Shown here piece by piece: positions 1-11,896 of a stretch of DNA of 64,000 nt. The notes beneath the pieces were generated by a model. It saw only the letters and a list, made by a program, of their open reading frames with translations. It made no database searches and had not been told where the DNA came from. How positions within the stretch are numbered: position 1 is the first letter of the stretch; every line of letters begins with the position of its first letter. This stretch comes from Paecilomyces variotii (taxonomy: Eukaryota): the NCBI GenBank assembly GCA_004022145.1, contig RCNU01000004.1. One strand, given 5' to 3'. The translations under genes and the position numbers were made by a program.

Positions 1-173
1 ATGCTCGAACACCATCGCCCAGATGGGTGGAAGATATTGTTCGACCACTAGCCTGGGTGTCCCAATCATTCTGATGCGAAGATATCGCTCGTTCACTTCA
101 ACTTCCTCCAATAACACAATCTCTCTTTTTAAACATTTGCTGCGACGAAACTTGGTTTGATCTAGCTGTCAAT

Positions 174-1162
174 ATGACTGCCAACGGATTACCCGTCCTG
201 GAGTCGAGTGACTCCAGTCAGACGTTATCTTACAGAATTAAGAGATACAAGAAAGTATTCACTGTGCGGAATCGAGATTTAGCAGTAGTCATCCCAGTAG
301 AAAAGGAGAATTCATTAATAAACCTACCCTCACAGGATTGGATTTCGAGAGATACCGACCGCCGTAATACCATCACTAGAAGTGAGAAGATTTATGATTT
401 ATCTAACTATAATACTTATTAGAATCAGCTATGATTCTTATATTGGAGTCTTGAACGTCCTAATTATGACTATAGAAGTTTATCGTACTCACCAACCGTG
501 GATTGACGAAGAAATGAAGTCGATGATAGTCTCTAGATTCTTAACCCCGCATGACTATTTTCGTTGAACGTCAGCGTTGAAGTAGGCTAATGTCCCTCTA
601 ATTCAATACACTTCTCTTCCATTTGGTATAACTATTGGCTAATATTGAATAGTCATCCACCAGTTTAATGGGCAGTATACGGGTTCTCCTAAGAATCCTG
701 ACATGCAATATAGAGCAGCTAATTGGAAGACTTGCCTTATCTTTATGCTAGTATGCGCCCACGGCTTATCAGAGAGCAACTTGAAGTCCAATTTATGTGT
801 ATCTTTTATTGGACTAAGGTTTCTAAGACGTAGTGCAATGTATTCAGGGTATATTTTGAAGTCTAGAAAGGAGATATTCAAAATATTCCGTATATTGAGC
901 AGGATAGCATAAAAGACTAATCTAATGGATACTTAAGAACTAGACGACTGATCGAAGAAATAATAATAGATTATCTTCCTAACGCTAGCCACGGTAGTCA
1001 CGCAGATCATCCCTATAACTCAAGCTAAGCTCTTTGGTCCGGCGCATGTTCTTACTGAAGGAATAGTATCGATATATGGAGCTTCCCGCATTAATAATTT
1101 GTGGATTTGGGCGAGGTTAGCAATTACCAGTACTTATGGACAAAAGTTATATACCGGCATGA
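174..1162 (+). pseudogene. RIP-degraded pseudogene of a fungal PD-(D/E)XK / Uma2-like restriction-endonuclease-fold protein
   Basis: Broken reading frames give, in order, MTIEVYRTHQPWIDEEMKSMIVSRFLT, a GT..GCTAAT..TAG intron, FNGQYTGSPKNPD..CLIFMLVCAHGLSESNLK, IIFLTLATVVTQIIPITQAKLFGPA and YIPA*. These recall the fungal family pattern MPTExHxxHQxW..F.G.Y.GS.K.PD..P..V.E.G.SES..IFP.P..IPITRxELFG. Many differences are C>T/G>A changes (CCA>CTA, GAG>AAG), and the region is TpA-rich. Confidence 0.5.
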
Positions 1163-1365
1163 ATCATTTTCATCCAGCTTAGCCCTCGATGTTGCCCTTT
1201 GGGTGTTATGTTACTATTAGCTCGGCCCAATCGAAATTTAGCTAAAGTCTTTTAGCTGTCTATATGCGGGGCCCGCCTAGCTGATATTTATATTTGGTCT
1301 GCACCGTAAACGGTGTTATCATGCGGCATTTTATATATCTTATTGACCACCCGTTTGATACAACC

Positions 1366-1514
1366 TGTCACGACGGCCACTAGAGTAGCTAGGCATAAGA
1401 CAAGAAGCAGTATTTGATTGAGTACACTTGCATCCATGTAATTTATAGTTAGTCAGACGTATCTGATATCTCGCCACTCCGGTCGATCTATATAGTTACA
1501 TAGTTATGGTAACA
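1366..1514. mobile_element. Possible solo LTR (about 150 bp)
   Basis: Begins TGTCAC and ends GTAACA (TG..CA with an imperfect terminal inverted repeat), with TATA-like and TpA-rich sequence inside. No clean target-site duplication is visible. Confidence 0.3.
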
Positions 1515-2032
1515 ACACGTTAGTAAGCGTCTAGTCTTTCCTGCGGAACGGATATCCGGAAGTATCGGCAGTGAAGCGCATTGAAGGGGAAAATGCGTTT
1601 CCCAGACATGCAGACTCGGGACACCATTTAGCAGCCATCTCGCAGGGGTTTCGAAGCTCTAAGAGACGCTTGATTGGAGAGGCCGCTGTAGTCCAGAGTA
1701 TCTAGACGGATACTGATCAAGTCTTGTCGACGCTGGCGGGCAAAGGCTTTGCCCCTAACTTACTTAACTTAACCGACGCGGCCCGATGCTGGATGATGAC
1801 ATAATGCACAGGACGATACGGTAACTTACCGGCGTTACGATACGAGCCCGGCAGCTTCTGCTTCAACGTAAACCTCCAAACTCTCGAATCCTCCCAACAT
1901 CCTGAATCTAAGCTCATCCTCTCCACCCCTCCCAATTGCTCACGCTCCTCCCGAATCTTTCGTCCCCGAAGGATTTGGCCTTACTGCTCTCCGCTTCTAG
2001 TCTTGTTTTCTGGTCTCTTTCCTTCCGCCGTC

Positions 2033-3817
2033 ATGTTCCGGACTATGCTGCCGCGGGCGACGCCGCGGTCTGTCCTCCGCACAGCCGCGCCTCGCGCTGT
2101 TCCCTCTAACACCGTCCCTGCTCCATCTCTCGCCTTTATGGGATTCTCAAAACGTGGCTTGGCGACTGCATCAGGTGCGCATATTGTCTCTTCGCCTGTT
2201 TCTCGTTTGTCTGGAGGAAACACTGGTCTCGCAGCTGTGAAAAAGGATTCAAGCTGACCCTTCGTTTGATGCACAATAGAAGAGCACGACTTGGTTATCA
2301 TTGGTGGCGGTGTTGCCGGATACGTTGCAGCTATCAAAGCTGGTCAGGAAGGCCTGAAGGTGCGATAACCCGGTATCCCGGCTCATATGATGGACGCCGG
2401 CAATAACCGCAGTTTCTAACATGAGCTCTGAAGACCGCATGTATCGAGAAGCGCGGTACCCTCGGTGGTACTTGCCTTAACGTGGGATGTATTCCCTCAA
2501 AATCCCTCCTGAACAACTCCCACCTCTACCACCAGATTCTCCACGACACGAAAAAGCGTGGTATTGAGGTTGGAGATGTCAAGCTCAACCTCGAGCAGAT
2601 GATGAAGGCGAAGGACACTTCCGTCGAGAGTCTGACAAAAGGTGTTGAGTTCCTGCTGAAGAAGAATGGTGTCGACTACATCAAGGGTACCGGTTCCTTC
2701 GTTGATGCCAACACTGTCAAGGTCAACCTGCTTGAGGGTGGCGAGCAGACCCTTCGGGGAAAGAACATCATTATTGCTACCGGAAGTGAATCGACTCCCT
2801 TCCCCGGCCTGACCGTCGATGAGAAGAGAATTGTCACCAGCACCGGTGCTCTGTCTCTGTCTGAGGTTCCAAAGAAGATGGTTGTGATTGGTGGTGGTAT
2901 CATTGGTCTGGAGATGGTGCGTTAGCGACAAATCAGTTGTTCCCGTCAACAACTTAAGCAATTCTGACCTCTTTTAGGCCTCTGTGTGGTCCCGTCTCGG
3001 TGCCGAAGTCACCGTTGTTGAGTTCTTGGGTCAGATCGGTGGACCTGGTATGGATGCAGAGATCTCCAAGCAGGCACAGAAGATCCTGAGCAAGCAGGGC
3101 ATCAAGTTCAAGCTGAACACCAAGGTCACCAAGGGTGACGACAGCGGTGAGAACATCGTCCTCAACGTTGAGGCCTCTAAGGGTGGTAAGGAGGAGACCC
3201 TCGACGCTGACGTCGTCCTGGTTGCTATTGGTCGACGCCCGTACACTGCTGGTCTGGGTCTGGAGAACGTCGGTCTTGATGTCGACGAGAGAGGCCGCCT
3301 GGTCATTGACCAGGAGTACCGTACCAAGGCTTCCCACATCCGTGTCATCGGAGACTGCACTTTCGGTCCCATGCTCGCCCACAAGGCCGAGGAGGAGGCC
3401 GTTGCTGCCATCGACTACATCAAGAAGGGCTACGGCCACGTCAACTACGCTGCCATCCCCAGTGTCATGTACACTCACCCCGAGGTCGCCTGGGTTGGCC
3501 AGAACGAGGCTGAGGTGAAGGCTTCTGGCGTGAAGTACCGTGTCGGTACCTTCCCCTTCAGCGCCAACTCCCGTGCTAAGACCAACCTTGAGACCGAGGG
3601 TCTCGTCAAGTTCATCGCTGATGCCGAGACTGACCGCATCCTGGGTGTTCACATTGTCGGACCTGGTGCTGGTGAGATGATCGCCGAAGCCACTCTCGCT
3701 GTCGAGTACGGTGCTTCAAGCGAGGACGTTGCCCGGACGTGTCACGCCCACCCTACCCTCTCCGAGGCCTTCAAGGAGGCTGCCATGGCCACCTACGCGA
3801 AGCCCATCCACTTCTAG
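2033..3817 (+). CDS. LPD1: Mitochondrial dihydrolipoamide dehydrogenase (E3), 4 exons
   Basis: Arg-rich mitochondrial presequence, FAD motif [11 protein letters not shown], redox disulfide [16 protein letters not shown] motif [11 protein letters not shown]-terminal HAHPTLSEA. Three GT-AG introns restore the frame. Confidence 0.97.
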
Positions 3818-4233
3818 AGTGTTTTGAAACCTGCGTCCGCTAAACCTAACCTGTCATGTACTTTCTCTCTAGCCTGGCATCGCTAGTCACCACATTTGGC
3901 CATGTAGCATCTCGATAATATCTCATATGTTATCTCTTCCATTACTGCCCGTGTCACAAAATATAAAGAGATATAATCGTCCGTCCATGCGTCAGATATC
4001 AAATATCCTTGCATCTAGTAAAGCAGTTATGTACATTACATGTGGAGACCTAAGTCATCTCACTTCCACGAGATAAAATTCCCTTAGCGGTGCATGAAAT
4101 CGGGAAGAAAGGCATTATCACGAGATCGAATACAGCTGTAGACGACAGACCATTTTCTATCGTCGACTTTCCATAAAGAGCAAAAAGCAACGAATTCCCC
4201 AAAAAAGGAATTCGAATGTTGGTAATCCTGTTA

Positions 4234-4305
4234 CTCCGATAGGGGGAATCGAACCCCCGGCTGCTGTGTGAGAGACAGCGATGTTAGCCACTACACCATA
4301 TCGGA
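4234..4305 (-). tRNA. tRNA-Glu(CTC)
   Basis: Minus strand TCCGATATGGTGTAGTGGCTAACATCGCTGTCT-CTC-ACACAGCAGCCGGGGGTTCGATTCCCCCTATCGGAG. 72-nt cloverleaf, GCTGT/ACAGC anticodon stem, TTCGA T-loop, T-run downstream. Confidence 0.95.
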
Positions 4306-4865
4306 CTTGGTTGTTGAATCACGTGCGATCTTATTGATTTATGAAGGGGTTCTCCCGCGATATCACCCGTAACTTGGGAAAGGGCATATCTTTCCCGCGA
4401 GGAGCACCGCCAGACGGGGAATCAGGGTATGTCAACCCACGAGGCAGAGATCCAGATGGAGGAGGCCTCATAGGCAGGGAGGCAGAGATCTTGCCCATTA
4501 TCTGAGGCGAAAGATTGTTTGAGTGAACATGCGCGACAACATTGAATGCGCTTTTGCCCGCCAGAAGCATGGAATACTGGAAATAGCGTGCGAGATCAGG
4601 ATTCGGATACATCTAGGGATCGAGAATGATTATACAGGAATTGCAAAGCAAGTGCAATTAAAGTTTTAGGATAGATTAACTACGTTCCTAAGCATTTGTC
4701 GGAGCTTCGGAGCTTCTACGTAAGTAAAACCCAAAGGGAAACCAGGCAGGAACAAGGACTTGATAAAAGAAACAAAAAGCAATTAATTCACGAGTGCTAC
4801 CGCCAACTGCGATGACAATCGATTATGAATCGATGGATATGAAAAAATAAAAAGAAAAAAAAAGA

Positions 4866-4951
4866 AGGTCCTACCCGGAATCGAACCGGGGTTCCCGGAA
4901 GATCCTGAAGGAAATCAGAATCCGATGTGATGACCGCTACACTATAGAACC
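4866..4951 (-). tRNA. tRNA-Gln(CTG) with ~14-nt intron
   Basis: Minus strand GGTTCTATAGTGTAGCGGTCATCACATCGGATT-CTG-A[tttccttcaggatc]TTCCGGGAACCCCGGTTCGATTCCGGGTAGGACCT. 72 nt after intron removal, with a long T-run (Pol III terminator) immediately downstream. Confidence 0.93.
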
Positions 4952-5215
4952 GTAATCCTGATTGAGCCAATGAGGGCTCTTGAGGAAACACGCTCTTAAT
5001 TTGCTTTATTAATCGACTTCAGCAAGGATCAACTTTTTTTCTCAGACTATGAACTAGATCGCGGTATGAAGCAGGATCGACCAATCTGACGAACATAAGA
5101 AAAAAGCAAATGGGATTGATACAGTATACGAAGATGATATTAAATAAAAAAAGGGCGAAAAGATCAAAAAAACGTATTGAGTGGATGGATCTTGAAAATG
5201 TGTCATGTTTCAACG

Positions 5216-6075
5216 TTAACGAGCTATCCCGTTTCGACGCATCAGATATGGTAGCGGTGGTCCATATGCGCCTTGTGGTAGCATATTGATATGAGCGCCC
5301 CTATAGCCATATGCAGCATCTAAAGGAAAACCCATGGGTGTAGCGTATCGCAAGCCAGGACCAGGCATGAACCCTTGAGACATGACAAAGTTCAACATAT
5401 TGAAAGGACCATATGGGTAACAGTGCTCGTGTTTATGGCGATGGCCGTGGTGGTGTTTGTGATTATGTTCATGAAAATGAACATGGTCGTGGTAGTGATG
5501 GTGATATTCATCGTAATAATCGGGCGGGCCTGGCGGTCCATACCCTGGTCCTCGCGGATGGCGGTATCGGTATCCGTGGTAAATCGATCCGCCTGTACCT
5601 GGGTCACCATAAGGAGGAGTCCCGTAATTAACACCAATGTCATCCCTGGTCCCTCGTGGAAGTCTGGAATAGTATACGTCCTCAGGACCATACGGCGGCA
5701 AGTTCAAATCGTCCCTGTACGCAGAAGAATTTGTGAGCTGATTTGTCCAACAGGTATAGGAAACCTCGAGTAATAAACGAGTGATTGGAAAAGTCATTGA
5801 AACACCTACACAACGTACTGCATGCGCGGTCTGTATCTTCCCCGTCTACGGGAATATGGACGACGATACCGTGGATACTGAGGCCAGTCCTCATCGTCCT
5901 CTTCACTGGCGACCCATGTTTCACGGCCATCGAAACTATAACTATCCAAGTTGTCTCCTGGAAAGTGGGATGGCCAACCCCCCATCTCGGGTTCATCAAT
6001 GTACATGCCGCGTCTGCCACTGGGGCGCCTCCCATAGGCCCACGGATGAGGCCTTCGATACCCATACTCATCCAT
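5216..6075 (-). CDS. Hypothetical low-complexity Tyr/Pro/Gly/Arg-rich protein with a poly-His tract (~251 aa, 2 exons)
   Basis: Exon 6075-5819 (MDEYGYRRPHPW..RPRM-CA) joins exon 5714-5216 through a GTACGT..GCTCAC..CAG intron (5818-5715) in the correct phase. Contains HHHYHDHVHFHEHNHKHHHGHRHKHEH. Confidence 0.6.
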
Positions 6076-6738
6076 TAACGCGGATAGGGACAAATCAAGA
6101 GATGCACGCAAAGTCTGAAATACCGAAACACTTTACAGTGTTGTGTCGCTTGTATCTGAGGAAAAGATGAGAGATGTGCCTATCCAGAAAGTCAACGTAA
6201 AGGGTCGGGGAAAGCCTAGGACCACGAGAAGAGACAGTATTTATAACATGACCCAAAAGTGCTCACTGTCTAGCTTTAATCAGCTTACTCCTCATGTGGC
6301 ATAGCTGGTGAAACGATAATAACTAAAACAAGGATGGATTTGAGTGTAAACATAAACAGACTCAGGAGCCCTGCAACACTGCAATGCGGTTTGCTCATCA
6401 AAGTTAGAATTAAACATAAGATGTTATGCCGGTGGAGAGCACTTTGGGTAGGGCATACATTCTAGACCAGAGATGAAAGATGGAGCCAAGAGAATTGCAA
6501 AAGAAACGGTTGGAACTCCCAGGGTTGTTTGCTTCCTAGGTCTCACCGCTTCCATCAATGTCTGGCGCATCAGCGCCCAAAAGAGCGTTGTTTGCTGCAG
6601 AGAAGATGCATTTGACTGAAACAGATGCAGCCTAATTTCTATATCTAATTTCGATCTTGCTCCTGACATGGGTGTCCTTCTATGAGTGACTACAAAAATT
6701 GGTCAAGATTCCGCAGACTCTAGACTTCGCGACGACTA

Positions 6739-9144
6739 TCAATGATTTGTCTTTCCCGGAACCTTGAAGATATGCCCGGAGGACGTGGGTATTTGCGCGC
6801 TGTAAGTCATTGTTGGAGCGAAAGGCAGTATCCACTCCTTCAAGACGGCAGAGAATGTCTCGCAGACCGCAGCGACGGCCGCATCGCGCGATGGCTGGCA
6901 GCTCTCGATGTATACTTTTAACTGGTAATTAGCGGCCTATTAATCTCCGTTTCTGGGGAAGGAAACTCACCCTTGACCTTTGGCTCAGTTCCCGATCCTC
7001 TGAGCGTGAATTTGATGTCTCGATCCAACCAGAGGGTTAGCATCTGACTACTACTGTCAACCGGCAGTATTGGCTTTTTGTCGGGAGTTTCAGAATCATA
7101 ACCTTCGGTCATGTCTCTCCACCGTAAGATCCTGAAAGAACCCAAGGATCTGGATTCGACAAAAGACCCGTTGCGGATGTTACGGAACAAGGCAGCCGTC
7201 GTGTCAGGATTGGGAGAGCGAAAATAGCTGTTCATTGTTTCATGGTGGCCATATTCTTTGAACAGCTGTTGCAGCTTTGTATATGGTGTAAGGCCCTGTG
7301 CTCTCCACTTGGCTTCCGCGGCAAGGAAAACCAAAGCCGCGGTGAGACCATCTTTGTCGTAACATACTTCCGTGAACATGTACCCAAGCGCCTCTTCAAA
7401 AGCAAAAGGGACCTTGAATCCGTCATTTTCGAGCTTCCGGGCTATGTTTCCCATCCACTTGAACCCGGTCAACGTCTCCTCGAAGTGCAGTCCTCTTGCG
7501 AGTGCCATCTTCTCTAGCATGCCGGTTGATACTGCCGAATTGAGCACCGCAATACGTTTACCACTATCATGTTTGATTGAGTCAATGATGTGAGACGCGA
7601 GGAGTACGCCAATTTGGTTACCGGTGAAAGTGAACCATGAGTCGCTATAATCGTCAGATGACAGATGAAGATTATTACGGTTGAGTATCCTGTCTTACTT
7701 GACTTTCTCAGCAACGGCAAAGCGATCTGCGTCTGGATCGTTTGCAATAATCAAGTCTCGGTTCTGTTCGTCTGCAGTTTTCATTGCCAGATCCAACGCT
7801 CCCGTCTCTTCAGGATTTGGGAATTCCACAGTGGGAAAATTTGGATCTGGATCCACCTGTTTCGCTACAGAGAGCATATCCTTGATTCCGATGGCGTTGC
7901 AGACAGAGGGCATTATCAGACCGCCTACTCCGTGGAGCGGAGTATATACGAAGGGCTGCGGCGGCTTCCACTCAGGTACGGTTGAAATCTAAAGAATAGT
8001 TAATAACGGAAATAAGTAACGTCTGGGTAGCATACCGCATATTGACTAATTGAATTGATGTATTTTTGCAAGACGTCCTGGTACGTATCGTATTTGATAC
8101 CATTCTCATGTGGATTCAATTCGTTCCAGGCAGCGGGCCACGGAATCAAGTTTTCTTCAATAGATCGAGCAATCTCAACATCCATGGGTGAGTTTATTTG
8201 GGCGCCGTTATGGAAATAACTATAGAAGGTTAGTATTCATTTGGATATATGCCCAATTACGACTGACACTTTGTAGCCTACAGAAACATTAGCCAAAGTC
8301 AACATATGAAGGAAAGTAAGAGTCTACCGTTGTCTTGCGCGGGATTCTGATGACATAGTTAGCCAATTGCATGATACAGAGTTATTGAATATACTGACAT
8401 GGCTAGCTGTAATCATTATTCCAGCAGCTGCTCCTAAGGAAATCACGCCATACGGGACCAGCGGTGTGGCGCCCGAGTTATTATACCACCAGACCGGAAT
8501 TCCCAGGGCAACAAACGCATTAGCAGCAAGAGATGCGAACTTAGCTGAGTTGTGTCGAGCATCATGTCCAATGACAACTCCGCGAGGTGAGAGAGCGGGA
8601 TGTTTCTGCTCAATGTATTTGGCCAATCCCTGAGAAGCTTGGATAACAGTGAGCGCGTTCATACAAGAGAAGCCTGCCGCCATCTGTCCTCGTAAACCCG
8701 CAGTACCGAATTGGATACCTATTGTATGATATATTAGTACCTAGAGAAGGATCCCATGACCCGTGGAGGTGGACCGCCATCTAATTTTGTGACCAGGGCT
8801 TGATGGGTATCACAGTGGCCATATCCAGGACAGTTTTGATACGGAGGACATACGCTTGAGCAGTCTCTTCTCGAGCTCTTCAACATTATTAGAGTCTCGA
8901 AGATTTTCGATCTCTGTCCTCGTTTGAGGATCCTGCTCCGTGTCAGCGAAGTAGGCTAATAACGACCATTGCAACTCAGCAAGCACGCTACCTGATCCCA
9001 CTGAAGCCACGTCTGTATCAGTGACGAAAGTGGTTCCTACGAACTGCAGTCAACCCAACTGTCTCAGAGAAGGCCAAAACTCTGATAGAGTATGGCATGG
9101 TAACCAGTATTGTCTGGATCGTGACTGACCGCCGAGACCGCCAT
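6739..9144 (-). CDS. Phosphoglucomutase/phosphopentomutase (PGM2/PRM15-like alpha-D-phosphohexomutase), multi-exon
   Basis: FGTAGLRG, GHDARHNS, phosphoserine motif ITASHNP..NGYK (split across small exons), metal motif NDPDADR, FAFEEALGY, RGSGTEPK. The start was placed at an MAVSA exon followed by a GTCAGT donor. Confidence 0.9.
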
Positions 9145-9802
9145 ATTGGGCTTCTCTTGATACTTGGTCTTTGAGAGATCAGTACACAAGCCTCAAATCT
9201 GAGGATGATACGAGAGCCATCAAACAACTGCGGTGTGACAGAGAGAATGACACTTTTCTAGAGTGACTGATATACCCTGCACACTGCCTGTTGGACGGGC
9301 TGAGTCGAGCTATGTAAGTAGGTAGACGACTTGCCAGCCTCCAAATGGGATAGCGGGATACCTAGGTAACTAGTAATTGCTCAGTCCACTCAGTCCACTG
9401 ATGTTTGTCTTTTGCAGGGTATCGCACCGGTTTAGATAACTTACTAAATGGCAAACTTCCAGACAAGCTGTTGATGCTGGAATGCGGGAGGACGATAAGT
9501 ACTTACTAGCGAGCGGACATGAGCAGGTCCGAGTGGTGATCATCCCCATCAATCCCGGAGTTCACGGACGGGCCAGAGAACGCGCACGTTTCTCCCCACT
9601 CCACACCGACCTCCGCCAAGTATTATCACCAGCGCCCTTTCTAGGCTCCTGCGTTCTTTCTTTCTCCTATATCGTCTACTTGTACCTGAACGAACCAGGG
9701 CTTCTGACACGCCCTTGTTTGGAAAACATACGATGAGTCTCTCGACTCCTCGACCAACACCAACTCGTTACTAGATCCGGACATTCGTTTACATCGAGGA
9801 AT

Positions 9803-11565
9803 ATGAAAGAAAACAACATTGCCGCGGCCGTGGCTGCGGCCAAGAGCCGCAAGGAGACGATCCTGTCGCGACGCCAGATCGAGGGTATGATTGCGGAGGG
9901 GAGAAATGTCATTGTATTCGAGGGCAGGGTCTTAAAAGTGGATGCATGGATGAAGTTCCACCCTGGAGGAGAAAAGGCCATTCAGCATATGGTCGGAAAG
10001 GACGCGACAGATGAGATCAATGCGTATGCGTGCCCTGATTTCTGCCAGTCCTTATTGGAAGGCTCTGATACTGACTGCCCTTTGTCAGGCTCCATTCGAA
10101 GGAAGCTCGTGAACATATGCTGTCGTTCCAGATCGGTCGCATCGAGGGTGGATGGGTCAATTTTCTTCCGCCAATCCAGGGAGGCAAGTTCCGTCTATAC
10201 AACGACGACACAGTAGCGGATTCGGATGCGTCTAGTCAACAGAGCTCCCGACCTCCGTCCCCGATCTTCGATAAGCCGGATGAGAAGACTGGCCTGCGGA
10301 GAAGAAAGTCAACAGCTTCGTCTGTCTCGTCCGCGACAACGACTCCCCCGGCTGGCCCGAAGGCGACGTCTGATTCAGAACCAAAACCATTCTTTCTCGA
10401 CGCCCGGACGCAGCAGGAGATAGTGCTGGACATTTCCAAATACCCATCGTTAGACCAGGAGTATCAGGACAAGATCAGGGCGAGATATCGTGTCCTAGAC
10501 GAGGAGATCCGTGCGGCAGGACTGTACCAGTGCAATTATTTTTCGTACTTTATCGAATGCTGTCGCTACACCCTCTTTGCTAGCTTGGCATACCTATTTC
10601 TCCGTTTGGGTTGGTATGGTACGTCGGGATTCTTCCTCGGCTGTTTCTGGCATCAGCTTGTCTTTACCGCCCACGATGCTGGCCATATGGGCATAACCCA
10701 CAACTTCCATGTCGACACCGTCATCGGTATCATCATAGCCGATTTCCTTGGTGGCCTCAGCTTGGGCTGGTGGAAACGGAGCCACAATGTTCACCATATC
10801 ATCACGAATTCTGCAGAACATGACCCTGATATCCAGCACCTGCCTTTTTTCGCCATCAGTCATCGCTTCTTCTCGAACTTACGAAGCACGTATTACGACC
10901 GAATTTTGCAATTTGACGCATTTGCCCAGTTTATGTTGAAATATCAAAACTACCTGTACTACCCAATCCTTCTCTTTGGCCGCTTCAACCTCTACCGTTT
11001 GAGTTGGGAGTACCTCATCCTGGGACAGGGTCCCAGGAAGGGCCCAGCCTGGTGGCACCGCTGGTTGGAGATCTCAGGTCAGGTATTCTTCTGGATATGG
11101 TTCGGCTACTATGTGGTGTACCGCTCCATTCCCGATGCGAGCAGTCGCTTCATTTTCATCATGATCTCTCATATGGTCACCTCTCCTCTGCATGTGCAGA
11201 TCACACTTTCGCACTTCGCCATGTCGACCGCTGACCTCGGGGTGCATGAATCCTTCCCGCAGAGGATGCTTCGCACCACGATGGATGTTGATTGCGCTAC
11301 CTGGCTGGACTGGTTCCATGGCGGTCTCCAGTTCCAAGCCATCCACCACCTCTTCCCTCGTATCCCGAGACACAACCTTCGTTCCGCGCAACACCTCGTT
11401 CTGCGTTTCTGCGAAGACACGGGTATTCCCTATGCGTTGTTCACGTTTGTGGATGGCAACAAGGAGGTTATCAGCCGACTCGGTGATGTAGCGAAGCAAG
11501 TTCGGATCTTAGAAGAGTGTAGAAAGGCGTGTGCACAGCAGGGCGTGTTCTCCGATCACCATTGA
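9803..11565 (+). CDS. Sphingolipid delta-8 desaturase (cytochrome b5 fusion), 2 exons
   Basis: N-terminal cytochrome b5 HPGG motif, histidine boxes HDAGH, HNVHH and QAIHH, hydrophobic membrane segments. Confidence 0.92.
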
Positions 11566-11896
11566 GAGCGTGTTTCCCGCGCGTTTGTTCAGCCAATTGC
11601 ATTTGTATATACCACCTGCACCGTGTATATAAGCAGTGTTTACTCATTTCATATGATGACCATAGCAAATGAAGTTTTCTAATGAGAGCTAGATATCCCT
11701 TTAACATTCTACGTTAAATGCTGAAGACGTCTCTATTGGTATTATTGTATGCAATGCTGAACTCAGGATGCTTGCCATGTACAGAATACCCATGTAATGC
11801 ATAATAAATAGAATGAATACTTTTGTTCCAAGCATGGTAAACCCAGCAATAATGCATTCACGATTCATCAACGGCTTTGAATGGCTCTGGATCCCA

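Noticed and set aside
2497..3652. Long antisense ORFs over LPD1 (likewise over SMC4, the nucleoside permease, GH16 and the desaturase)
   Set aside because: Shadow ORFs caused by codon bias of the real gene; no recognisable motifs.
4331..4612. 93-aa ORF between the two tRNA genes
   Set aside because: No motif or other support; cannot be distinguished from a chance ORF.
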